DNA of 64,000 nt from Marsupella aquatica (Eukaryota > Plantae > Marchantiophyta): NCBI GenBank assembly GCA_973895155.1, contig OZ316898.1:15344330-15408329 (forward strand). The letters are read 5' to 3'. Below are positions 19,371-31,900 of the stretch, in pieces (the stretch's first letter is position 1; the number at the start of each line of letters is the position of its first letter). Made by a program: the position numbers and the translations under genes. The notes beneath the pieces are model-generated. The model was given only the letters and a program-made list of their open reading frames with translations, had not been told where the DNA came from and made no database searches.

Positions 19371-22300
19371 ATGGCGCCCTTTAATTTTGCATCTTGGAAT
19401 GTCTGTGGTCTGTGTGACCCTGATCGGAAAAATGTTGTAATGAAATGGGCATCCTCTCTGAAATTGCCCCTAGATGCTCTTGCTCTACAGGAAGTAAAGG
19501 CTGATAGCTTTTGGTTGGATCTGGCCCTACGCACAATCTTGCCCAGCTATCAACACTTTTACTTTGCTCCTGACGATGGCAGAGGCTGAATGGCTATTCT
19601 TCTAAATCCTGCATATAAAGTGTTGGCATCTGGTCAGTTGGATCGTGGACGCGCTGTCTGGATCCAAATGGAGCATTCGGAGGGAAATTTTGGGCTAATC
19701 AATGTGTATGCTCCTAATTCTGAGGGTGAGAGAACTTTGTTGTGGAATGATCTGCGAAATGATCTCACACATGATCGATGGGTCTTTTGTGGCGATTTTA
19801 ACATGACCAAGTCACGTGCTGACTCTAGTGGCCCCTCCCCCTGATCCATGGACGTGAGCACAAATTCTGGCATTTTCTAAAGCTCCAATTGGATTTACAA
19901 GATGCTTACTCGATTCTTGGCCAAGTAACTGGCTCTCGATTTACTTCACAAAGAGTACGAAATGGTGTACTGGTTCAATTCCGTCTGGATCGCTTCTACT
20001 TCTCTGAGCAGGGCCGATGGACTGAGGAGCTGGTTGAACTCACCCACAATGGGTCTTCGACACTCTCCAATCACAACCCAGTTATTGTTTCATTTTGCCT
20101 AGCCCCCATTCTTCTGACTGAATCGGATCAGCCAAGAGCTTCTTATTTTAAGGCAAATCCTGGAGTGCTACAAAAGGAAGAGAACTTGAAATTACTGGCG
20201 GATGCCTGGCTGGGGACTGAATTGGCTCCAACTGATCCCCATCTACAATTTACTCAGGCATATCAGCGTTTACGACAATGCTACATACAGCTGCAAGCTT
20301 CTCCCGTCCCACGTGATGAGGAATTGTGTATACTAGGAGATAGACTTCGAGTTCTGAAGATCACCATCATGGAGGATTATTCTCCTGACAACATAAAGGA
20401 TTTTACCAGCACGGAGAGCAATGTTAGGGATTTTGAGCTGGAAGAAGCTCATCATTGCCGTAGACTCTCTAGAATTAAATGGCTGGGGCAAGGGGATGAA
20501 CCTTCCAAGTTCTACTTTGCTACTATGAAAGCTAAGAGACAGAGGGAAAAATGGAATACCTTGTTGCTGAAGGAGGAAGCAAAATACGCGATGAGAAACT
20601 GATTGTTCAAGAAGTACAGACATTTTGTGAGAAGCTATACTTGCCCCTTGATCTGGATGCTGTGGCCCTCAGGAAGCGTCCTGCATGAAGAGTGCTGACT
20701 GGAGCCACTCACTTTGCCCCCTCGACCGCTGAAATAAGGATGTTGGAAGAACTTCCATCTACTCGTGAACTACAAGAGACTTTGATGCTGCTCCCCAATG
20801 ACAAAGCTCCTGGCGTGGACGGGATGACGATTGAGGTTTTCAGGGCATGTTGGCATTTCTTATAGACTGATTTTCATGCAATGATTTGCGATTTCTGGAG
20901 AACTGGAAATCTGGCCTTCTGCATCAAGGAAGGGGTCATTTTCTTTATACCAAAGAAAACTGATAAGTGTCGATTGGGCGATTGGAGAGCATTAACCATG
21001 ATAACTATCACTTACAAGCTTTTGGCCAAATTGGTGGCCCTACGTTTGAAACTGCTCCTGCCCAAGCTGATCAGTCCCCAATAGACTGGATTCATACCTG
21101 GCAGACACATTCTCAAAAACATCTCACTCACCTGGCTTACCAATGATTGGATCCACTGCACTCGGACTCCTTCGCTTTTTCTGAAACTGGACTTTGAAAA
21201 GGCTTTTGATAGAGTCGATCATTCCTATATCTGGGAAACAATGTATTTATTAGGAATTGGCTCCCATTTTATCTTCCTGGTTTGATCTCTTATTAGCAAT
21301 GCTTGCTCTAAGGCACTGGTGAATGGCTTATGGACTGATGACATTCAGATGCGCAGAGGGGCATGTCAAGGTTGCCCTCTCTCCCCTCTACTCTTTGCGA
21401 TCTCAACACAGCCTCTTATGGATTTTCTCAAAGCTGAGATTGCAGCGTGCCGATTACAAGGAATTCAAGTCTCTGCGTCACTGAACATCTGTTATAGGGT
21501 ATTTGCTGATGACCTAGGCCTCTTCATCCCTGCCACTCCATTGACCTTTGAACAGGCTCGGTGTGCTATCGCTGCTATGAATGTGCAACGGGTGCTAAGC
21601 TCAACCTGAGTAAGTCAGTTGTGGTGCCCCTTGCTCTGGAGGAGATCCCAGTTTGGCTGCGGAACACGGGCTGTGTGATCAGCAGGGAAGGCAAGGTACA
21701 CAAATATTTGGGAGCACCTTTTGGCTTTGGCCTCTTGGAAGCACAACTACATCATTTTTGCTTGGACCGTATTAGTGCTAGACTTTCATCCTGGGCTACT
21801 CGGCTCCTTTCATTCACGGGCCGAGTATTGTTGGTTAAACATGTCTTACAAGCAATCCCTATCTATCATATGATGTTTCTCAAATCCCCTACCTCTTTAG
21901 CTAAGAAATTGATTGCTCTAAGTTGTGTCTTCTTGTGGGGCACGGACAAGCAGGGAGGGAAGTGGATACCACTGGTGGCATGGCACACAATTTGCAGACC
22001 CAAGGTGGATGGGGGCCTTGGCCTGAAGGAATTCAGGAGCCATTCTGATGCCTTATTGAGTAAGTGGTTCAGTGGAGCCTTGGATCACCCAGAGGCTGAA
22101 TGGTCTAAGATGTATGCTGCAATTTTACTACTGACAAAATGGCGCAACTTCAAGACTGTACGCAGGAACAATTACTCATTGCAGGATAAACTACTTTTGA
22201 GCACCCCTCGTTCCTTTGGTAAACTTGCCTACACTTGACAGATTTGGTGTGCCTGGGAGCAGGTGAGGAGCCATCTGATCTTCTGCCCGGGTACTGGTTC

Positions 22301-23000
22301 CATCCTGGGACATTGGGGAGTGGAGGACTTGCTCCGTTGCTTACAAGGGTTCTATGACCTCTCAGAAGATACACGGTCTGCAGTTGTTATGATATGTGGC
22401 AGGTTAGGGATTTGGAAGGTCCGAGACTTCTGGTGTTCTCCCCTTCATGCTTGGAAGAGCCTCACTGAGAAGCTGCAACGTCTGCGTGGATTAGATGAGA
22501 CCAATAGGACTTACTGCCTAGCTTTTTTTGATGCAATTCACAAAACTACCTACCACGAGAACTCTTTAGATTCACCTGCAAGGAAGTGGCGTTGGAATGA
22601 TGTAGATTCTCAACTTAAATCATTTGCATTACCTAATCACAGAATCTATGAATTATTGCACACTAAGGGATCTGATTACCTTAGACTCAACAAGATCTGG
22701 AGCATATCCCTATCTGTTCCTGAATGGAGTGAGGTCTGGCAAGCATTGTGGACCTCGGATTTATCTTCTAGGGCGAAGACTTTCATTTGGAGAATAATTG
22801 CACAGGGCCTTTTTTCTGGTTCTAGAGCCCTGCGGATTGCAAAGTCTGATGGACTTTGTGTACTACGATGTGGGGTGGTGGACCATTCCACATCTTTGCT
22901 TTCAATGCAGGCATGCAACCAGGTGTTGGGAGGAGGTAAGAGGATGGCTGAATGGACAACTTATAGTCCAGACTGTGACTATTGTCGGCTTGACTCTGTC
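19371..23000 (+). pseudogene. LINE ORF2: AP endonuclease, RT, C-terminal zinc-binding region
   Basis: SWNVCGL, LQEVK, NVYAPN, GDFN, RLDRFY, KAPGVDG, KLDFEKAFDRV, QGCPLSPLLF, FADD, KYLGAP, GGLGL, KTFIWR. Confidence 0.9.
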
Positions 23001-23212
23001 CTTCCGAAGGAGATCACCGAAAAGTGTAAGATTCTTAAAGGAACTTATGTTTGGACTTTTGAAATGCTCAAGTGTTAGAAATTTAGATGAAACTAGTAAA
23101 TGTGATTTAATGGAAGATAAAGTATTTAGAAATTGATTTAAACTTATCTACAAATAAGTCCCTAAGAAATTATAGAAACTAGTTTCAGACCGCTTCAAAC
23201 GGTTCCCCAGAC

Positions 23213-23845
23213 ACCGCAAGAAATCAATCATTTCTCCAATGTGCGGGTTGGTGCAGGTGCTTCGGAAGACCCCATTTTCAGTTGATGGCCCGGGGAACAA
23301 TCTAAACTCCTTGTCCGACAAGTTCTTTTGGGTGTCTACCTTGGTCTTGTTGTCCATCGGCAAGCCAAACACTTTGGCAATCACCTTGGGGGTGAGATAG
23401 AAGTCCCTCCCGTAGATCTTGGTTGAGTTGGACTCGTGGTCCCATGATCCCACAAATTCCAACAAGTCTGATTCCAGCACCTCCGGCTTCAACCACGACA
23501 ATCTAACAAAGGCCTCCAAGCCCAACCCGACCATGAAGCCTTGGTATTTTTTGGTCTGCATGGCTGTAAAACATGATGCAACCTCATCCCGTGCAAAATG
23601 TAACTGCGCTGCCAGTGGTAGGACTGCTGCCCAGCCCTTCCATGTATCATCTCTGGTGGGGATGGCATTGACTGGGTCAACCTCTTGTTCCTTGGCTTCC
23701 TCCTGCCTCTATCTCCCTTGCTCGGCCGGTTTTCTTGATGCCGCTGACCTTGTTCTTTTGGTAGGTGTGGTTTCTTTGTTGTTGGTCATCTTCCTCTTCA
23801 TTTTGGCCGCTCCTGACGACTCTTCCAACACTGTTCCATGGATAC
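23213..23845 (-). pseudogene. Older, diverged fragment of the family A LTR ORF
   Basis: Translates MQTKKYQGFMVGLGLEAFVRLSWLKPEVLESDLLEFVGSW...HIGEMIDFLR; matches A1 ~7740-8370 with many substitutions. Confidence 0.9.
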
Positions 23846-24199
23846 CCTTAATTGCTTATTTTCTCATTTTTTCCTCCTTATACTAAGGGTTTTAGTGTAT
23901 ACCACCCAACTTTACTATTTTACAAGGCCTAGTGATTCTTGGCTAGGCATCACAGCAAGTCATGGTACTTTTTCAGAACCTCAAGTCTTAGAGATTCTGG
24001 GATGTACACATGCCTCTACTTGTATTGTCATGACTGGACATTATGCTTGGCATCCAACCTCAATGAAATGTATCTAACCTTGCCTTTGCTACCTCCATTG
24101 CTTTGCCATTCCTTGGCTAACCTATCATCCCCATATGCTACGGCCAGAACCTTTGGCCATTTGGAATTGAGCATCGTGACCCCACTGACACAATGATGG

Positions 24200-24830
24200 T
24201 TCCTATGCAATAAAGCGTTAGCTGCCATGTTTGTCTCCCAAGAACATGATTAACTTCAAAATCAAAATTTGCCAAACACATCTAACCACACATTTTCTTA
24301 GGGTTTAGTCTTGGCTTAGAACCAAAATACCCTCTAAGTGAGGATCTGTATGGATTATCACATTGGGACCATTCTTAAGGTAAATATTCCAATTCTTCAA
24401 TGCATAGATCACTGCATACATCTCAAGCTCATTCTAGGGTGATCGAGTGATTTTCCAACCTACATGACTCAAAGGCCATAGGACGCCCGTCTTGGTGTAG
24501 ACAGGCGCCAATGGCAAAATTGCTTGCATGACCTGTCCAAATCCTGAACAACTTCCCCATCTTACTTAGGTAACTTAAGAACTAGCAGCATTACCATAAG
24601 CTACTTGAGTTCTAGGAATGCTAACTTGCAATCCTACGTCCACACAAAAACTTTGTTTTTCATAGGCAGCGCATTCAAGGGTCTCGTTATCCTTGCATAG
24701 TCTTTCAATCATGTATCTTTGATAGAACCCCGTAAGTCCCAAGAAGGCCCTACCTTGCCTCACATTGGACGGGCGCTCTCATTCTTTGATATCTTTAAGC
24801 TTGTCCTGACTAGGCGTGATCCCCTCCGGG
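24200..24830 (-). pseudogene. Degenerate Ty3/gypsy RT-RNase H fragment (different family)
   Basis: RAFLGLTGFYQRY, ASNFAIGACLHQDGRPMAFES and a terminal ANAL (ADAL-like) remnant across broken frames. Confidence 0.7.
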
Positions 24831-26260
24831 GGTTTACAAAAGATAATAAACAGGAGGTAATAATAGAAACTAATAACAGGAATTTTTGCTATTCGTAGAC
24901 ATGAATTCTCCTATTTTTTTCAAAATTGTGCATTTCAGCACCAAAATATACACATATCCTCTAAGAAAAATAAGAGCACTTGGTGCTATGAGGAGTTGAT
25001 AATACATACCAGTTGCACATTATGAGGATATTTAATGAAGTGTCGTGCAAGAGTGCATGGTTATTATCGCCCATCACCATGCCCTGTGCACGCCCACTAG
25101 GATGTTATGGTAGTTTAGGTTCATCGATCTCTAAGCAAGCATTCTCCTCTTAGTAGCACTTTGGGCAATGTTCTTGTAGCAAATCCTGGTTGTTCTTGAA
25201 GAAAATAGTCTTTGTTAGGAGCACCCTAGAGCTAGTATACTTAGATTGTTCGTTGCACATTCACTTCAGTTCTTCCTGAGTCTTAGCTTTAGCTTTGCAA
25301 GCACTTGGGCTATGGTAGCACACTCCATGGCACCTCCACACATTTGAGGATTGGCTATGACTCTTTAGATGCTCCCGGCACATCATGGCATGGTCCTGGT
25401 TTTCATATGTACTACTCACTCTACATGCTACATACGTATTACTCAAAAAGAACTGTCTTGACGGGATTACATCCGCCGATATAGCAATCTGGCGATTGCT
25501 TCATCAATCAGATTTGGTTTTAATGCCATGGGATTTACAACAAACCCTTTTTTTAGTTTTTAATTTTTTAAGTCTGTGAAACCCCACAAAAAGGGTCTTG
25601 TCAACCACAATAGTTGGGAAGAGTCAGCCCACAACAGTTGAACCCAAGACCTATCAGTCTCTACTCAAGTGAGCTACCACAAAGTTATGCCTCTCTGGGC
25701 TATCAGATTTGGTTTTGAGTGATAATTGTAGAGTGAAGCACTGAATGTGAAAAATGTTCATGAATAGAGGGAGGTTGGTTTGTACAGGGAGTTTGTTCAA
25801 GTCATCATCGGTTCTCAAAAAGCCATTTTGAGCACATCCAAGTTCTATTTTGGTTGTAACTCTTCAACCATTTGACGAGAGTAGGATCTTTTAGCATGGT
25901 TGGAAAGCTCTCATCGAGGCGTACAAGATTGATATAGAGAACTCCAAAAACAAAGCTCTATATTAAGTGAGATACAGCTGCCAACATCTTGACTTCATTG
26001 AAACACAATTTTGGGACAATTTTGCGAATTTCTGACTTCAATCTCTACTATTTGCTTCAAGGACTTGGGGCATGCAAGGGCTCATTAGGAGCATCTTTGA
26101 GTGCTTCATCTCCTCATGGTAATCTCACATATCCTTATCCATTAGCAAGGGAAATATGTGTTGAAGAGTTGAAACACCTTCATGCAGATTTTAGGGATTT
26201 GTTCTCTCTTTTGAAGTTTAAACGAAGACTGATTGATCTCTTTGAGCATGTCATATCCGC

Positions 26261-28600
26261 ATGAGCTCAGGTGACTCTAACAAGGATCCATGGAGCCCAT
26301 ACCATCTCCAAAGTGACCCACGCCCATTAGAGACTATCCCTCTCATCATCTAGATCATTTAGAAGGAGACACACCCAGAATCCTTCTTTTGGATTTGTCG
26401 GGGCAGGAAGCTCACATCAGGTGATTCCAATACCTACATCATATCAGGTTCCTCAATCATCTATTCAACAACAATCAGGTATGTACACACCTCTTTCAGC
26501 TCCGACCAGCACATTCTCAGCTCTGTTGTCGACATAAATAGTTCCACCAGTGCACGGGATGGAGGCTAGCAGCTCATCCAACAAAATTGGGAAGTTTAGT
26601 GGCTAGCCTGGCACCATTTCTCTACAGGAATTCAAAGCAGAATTTTACATAGTTGTGTATGAGTTGGAGCTTAAATACTTGAGCCACTACACTGTTGCCT
26701 TTGTCTTCAAACAATTGGCAAGGTATGTGCACCATGAGGCGTTGGACGTGTATCAGCAGCACTCGAGGCGGTTATTGGGTGTCACTCAAACCCCAAATCT
26801 TGCTTACGTTGCTGCCATAATCGATGCCCACCAGACAGCACTACAAGCTGCCATTGTAGTGCATGTTGCTTGTGCTGTTGCTTCTTCATCTAGTAGTGCA
26901 CCTTTGCCAGCACCCACTATGGTGGTTTTGAGTCCAACGGAGCTTGCTCTAGCTACTACAGGCATGATCTCTCCCACTGTTGATACACCACTATATCCTC
27001 ATCCAATGGATTAGTTCTTTCAAATTCTTGAACAAGAATTTCCAATGAAGAGCTCAAATTAGATAATGCAACTTGCTACATTGGGGTATTTACAAACGAT
27101 AGGAAACAGCAAATAGTAACTGGTAACATGAAAATGAGTGGTAATTTATTTTTATTTGTTTTTTTTAAATTAGTTTTTTTTCAAAATTTTAGTTTTTTTT
27201 GCTAGCGCCCAAAGCTAGCCAAAAAATGTTGTAACTTAATTTTTTTTGGAAAATGAGACTTTTTAGAAAATATTTTGATATGATTATTTTTGCTGGTACC
27301 AGTAAACCTGTTTCCTGTTTACTATCATGCATGCCATACCCCTACATTCATGCAACAGAAGGATGAAATGTTGAAGATGATGTACCAACGATTGCTCAAG
27401 TTGAAGGAGGATACCAATAGTATCACAAGCCAAGAGGCTGCAAATTGTTATCTTGATGCGCTTGAGAGTAACCCTTCACTCCATTTGCAGGTGTTGCATC
27501 AGGTCTTTGCACAACATGGGGAGTCTTACACTCTTCTTCAACCGTACAACATTGCAGAGAAGCTTGAGCTTACCCATGCTCATTACCAGGCCAATCACCT
27601 ATGTCATGGACCACAAATCATGCCTTTGGTTCCTACCCCGGCATCTGGTAGGTCAATAGTGAAACCCCAACGAGTTAAGCATGCCCATTCTGCACCTATG
27701 CTTGTCCCTTCTTGCAATTACTGTGGGAATCTAGATCATAAGGCAAATGCATGTGATGTCCTACGGATGAGATATTGTGACTTTTGTGGGAAGTTTGGAC
27801 ATTTGGAACCTGTATGTTTCTCCAAGTTTCAAGAGGGGAAGAACTTGAGGCACCAGCCCACTCCCACTGTTGCCCCTTCGTCCGTTGCACAGTCCAAGAG
27901 GAGTGTTGCTGTTGCTCCTTCATTGTCCAACAAACTTGCTGGTTCAACAAGAATGCCAAGAAGGAGCACCAGAAGCTCAGAAGGTGGTTCTTCAAGCTCA
28001 AGCTACTTAGGTGCAAGAATTGACCAGCGAGTTGGAGGCAGTTTGAGCTCAATTGGCATCCTCCAAGGAAAATCAGTACAACCAGCAGGTCATGCTCAAC
28101 CTGTGGCTGGTGCTCCTGCAAGTAGTAGTACTACACCACTGCCACGGTCCTTCTACAACCTCCCTTATGAGGCACACTAAACTCTACGTCAGGTCCCTCA
28201 TCAGTTACTATGATGCCTATTATGGAGGTCCAACATCAGGTTTTGATTGGACTGTCCCCTTTGTCACATGCTGAACATAGTATGCATGTGTCACTTCCTA
28301 GTTCTAGTTCTAGTGCTACTACGACTATTGATTCCATGGCTAGGTCTACATCTGAGTGTTAAGGGAATTCTCAGTCCCTCTTGGACATGCTCATCAATGA
28401 CAAGGTTGAATTGTGTATACCAATGTCCTGCACAAGATGTCTCACAATTATGGCCCAAGTTGTTCCTAGTGACAGGACTTCAGTCTCCACTAGTGTTGCC
28501 ATTGTTGATAATAGGTTGCAGCGGTATGGGTGGAGGGCCACATTCTCAAGTTGGTCACGCTGGATACTGGAGCTCAGCCTATGATTCTTGGAATTCAATT
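26261..28600 (+). pseudogene. Degenerate retrotransposon gag-like region with two CCHC-type knuckles
   Basis: CNYCGNLDHKANAC and CDFCGKFGHLEPVC in ORF 27290-28180, plus upstream broken gag-like frames; interrupted by a MITE. Confidence 0.6.
27083..27342. mobile_element. ~260-bp AT-rich MITE-like insertion
   Basis: Termini GGGGTAT/ATACCCC, internal IR AGGAAACAG/CTGTTTCCT, flanking direct repeat TACATT. Removing it restores the gag frame (...CTT GCT ACA TTC ATG CAA CAG...). Confidence 0.7.
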
Positions 28601-28958
28601 TTCCAAATAGTTGGGGCTAGTTGACTTCAAATTGCATAAATCAACATGGTACATCCGGACAGCAAGTGGCACCGCAAAGGAGGTACTAAGTGAGAGTGCT
28701 CATTTGCTCACTCTCTCTTTCAATGAAGGTACAGATCAGGAACTCCAATTCTAGGTCAGATGTCTGGTCACCAATGTGTCACACCATTTAGAGTGGTAGT
28801 ATAGTATATCGTACTATGATCTAGATAGGTTTTGTATATGTGCTATAAGAGCACTTTGTGTTTAGTCTGAGTTGGTGTGAAGGATAGTTATCCCCTTGTG
28901 TTGGCTCAAAGGCCTCATCTTTCAATGCTGAGCCTTTGAGCGTCAGCTTGGTAGCTAT

Positions 28959-31900
28959 CACTAGTACATTATGAGGCCAATTTCCGATACGAACACCTTC
29001 CGATCCCTTTGTAAAAATTTTCCAAGAAAAACATCTCATCCGACTCTAAACGTATCGCAAATTATGATACTCAACCCATCGGATAACGACAATCGGAAGA
29101 TAATCGGACTTTGCGATACTAAAATTAACGCACTTTGCGTACTTGACAATAACGGAAAAACAGCCATCCGATGTTAATAAAATTGGAAATGGAAGAGGGG
29201 AGGCGGCCCAAAAGCCGAGTGTTTCCGATACACTTCCGATACGTAGAGAATCGGAATTTGGGTAACTCTGAATATCACATATTGCGTAGCAAAAGGTTAC
29301 GCAAAGACCGTAAATAAGAGGATCGAAAATACCGTCGTTAGAAATATCGGAAATACCATTAGTAGAAGTATTGGAAAGACCGTAACCGAGGGTATCGAAA
29401 AGATCGATTCTCTGGGGATGGAAAATTCCAAGTTTTAGAGAATCGGACATTTCGATAGTTTTAAGATCGAAGGAGTATCGGATAATTGATGGGGTAAAAT
29501 TTCTGATTATTAATTTTGGGGGTGTGGGGGTTACAATGTTGGGATGCATGGAAGTGAGCATGGGTAGCAAGAATGGTAGTGAGACTCAAAAGGGGGAAAA
29601 CCCCTGCCATTATATATACAAAAGAGGATGGCTTCCTGTGGACCGACTCAATATAGGGTATGTAAGGAACTTGTCAATTTTTTTGTTGTTTGTACAAGGA
29701 ATAGTAAGAAAGTTGTTGTAGTGTTAGCAAAGTACTTAGGGTTTGCAACCCTAAGTTACTAGGGAAGGCTAGTAGGAAATCATGGAAGGGAGAAAATGTG
29801 TTGTTCTAAGTAAATGTAAAGGGATAAGTAATGTGATTTTGGTAGGCAGCAAATGTTCCACCCTTAGTTAGGATAGGCGACTAAGTTGGGACCGGAAAAT
29901 GACCCGACACCTGACATCTTATTTTTGGCTGATATTTCTCCCATGGGTGCTGGGAGGTCCCTAGGGAACCCTGAAAAAGTATGAAGTCAAGTGGGGTCTC
30001 AACCTAGGAGTTGTGAGTATTTTGATAGAAATTAAAATAACCAACTAGCGGGCCCCGGAGAAAATAGCCAAGGGGTAAATTTTGTGGGTTCGAGATTAGA
30101 ATTGAGTTTAGTATAGACCATAAAATCCCTGGATTGTCTCAGAAATAATTTTTCACCTTTTGTTACTTTTTGGGAACACCTCAAAGATTGGGAATAGTAA
30201 TGTGGTTTAAAAGATATGGTCAAACTTATGTATTTTTAGAAAAGTCGTTATGGAGTTTTTAGAGAGTTTGATAAATTTAGGAGTGAGTCCTATGTCCAAG
30301 GATTCCAGAAATGTTCTTAGAAGTACGTTTGGACATTTTAGTGAATTATGGCATGGCCTTCAAGAGGGGCCAGTATAACTGTTTCTCCTGAGAGGAAAAC
30401 GAAATCTTTCTAAGTGTCAAAACGCGTCGACGCGGCTGCGACCAGACTAGCACGAGGTCAGGCAAGCACGACATGGGCAGGAATGCACGAGGTGGGCTAA
30501 TTGAAGGGCTGGTGCTCATCAAAATAGGTCACTCTTGATCTGAATAGGCAGGTGCGGGATTGAATTGAGCTAGCTGCTGCTGAGCAGGACTTGACCAAGC
30601 TGATAACTGTGAAATTGAATTGTGAGCTATGGCTACTGATTGGAATAGGGAGGCTAGCTTTGAATTGGGAAGGTTGCTTGCTGCTATGGCAGCGGCACAA
30701 TAGATTAGAGGTGCTGCTATTAATCAGGCATGAGATGCTCACGAGAATTGGCTAGCTGCTGCCTTGATGCTGCTGAATTGATGGATGCTACTACTAGCTG
30801 CGAAATTGCAGAGGTGGGCAGCTACAAAATTGAGAAGAGAGACCTGCTTGGCTAAGTGATTGGAATAGAGCTAGTTGTTGAGAAGGAATCAAGCTATGGT
30901 TGCTGCTGCTGTGCTTTGAATCAACTGCTATGCTTCGAATCTGCTGCTGTGTTGTTGTGCTGCAAGCTACGAATTGGTGGGCTATGGCTGTTGCAAAATT
31001 CTGCTGCGATTTTGAATCACTTGCAAGGCTGGATGGCTATGGAGGTGGACTGAGAAGGGTGCTGTAGACCTGGCTGAGCTATCAATTGACCTGCTGTCAT
31101 TCGATCCAATAGAGAATGTTGTTGTTTCAGATTGAATTCAAGAGAGAGAAAAATGCTGCAAAAATTGGTGTCCTTATCAATCTTCTTCATAAGAAACGTG
31201 AGTATAATGAGAGTACTCTCCCCTCATGACACGTGGAATCCCCATAAGGGGCGTGTAAGGTTCAAGTGTAATCGGGTCGCCGCTTACACCCGCTTTACAC
31301 CAAAAACAGGCCTTGGGAGAATGGGCATAACTTTGGCTAGGGGTATCAGTTGGGGCCCAATTTTTTTTGTGTTGAGTTAGGGGAAGGTAAGGCACCCCTT
31401 GGTGAAGGTGGAAACCCAGAAAAATAATCACTCAAATATATTTTTAGCGGAGGCCACGAGGGGGTCCCCATAGCTTGCAAACGGGAGTCGGCATGGGGGA
31501 AGTAAGACCAGGTTTTTAGGCCGACACTTCTTGCACCCGTGTCACCCAAGTTAGGATACATGGAGAAGAGAGTACCTCAGGGTAAAGGTGCAAGGCTGTT
31601 AGGGTAAGGAAAGTAAGTTGATAGGTCGGGATAGTAAGTAAGGACTTGTAAATAAGGAGCCAACTTTGACATGACACAACTTGAGACTCACTCACTCTTT
31701 TTGCGAGATTTCAAGTGGGTTGGGAAGCTGGTGAGGAGGACCATAAGTGAGAGAAGGTTTGGAGGTCAAAGCATGCAACTCATGTGTGGCATATTCCAGG
31801 GCTTGGAAGGAGTCAAGCAATAGGTTGTAGAGTGAGCTACAAACTATAGAGTTGGACTTTGTGTGTTAGGAGGACTTGGGGGAGGAGTAGTTGGACCCCA

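Larger units (their letters stand above)
13726..23000 (+). mobile_element. Decayed L1-clade LINE (ORF1 interrupted by solo LTR B; ORF2 with many stops and frameshifts)
   Basis: ORF1 remnants (WVEKTF...FVGKNFYMVAF, PVWIEIP, knuckle remnant ~14265-14305, continuing 18554-19290) and ORF2 from 19371. Both ends are approximate. Confidence 0.85.
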
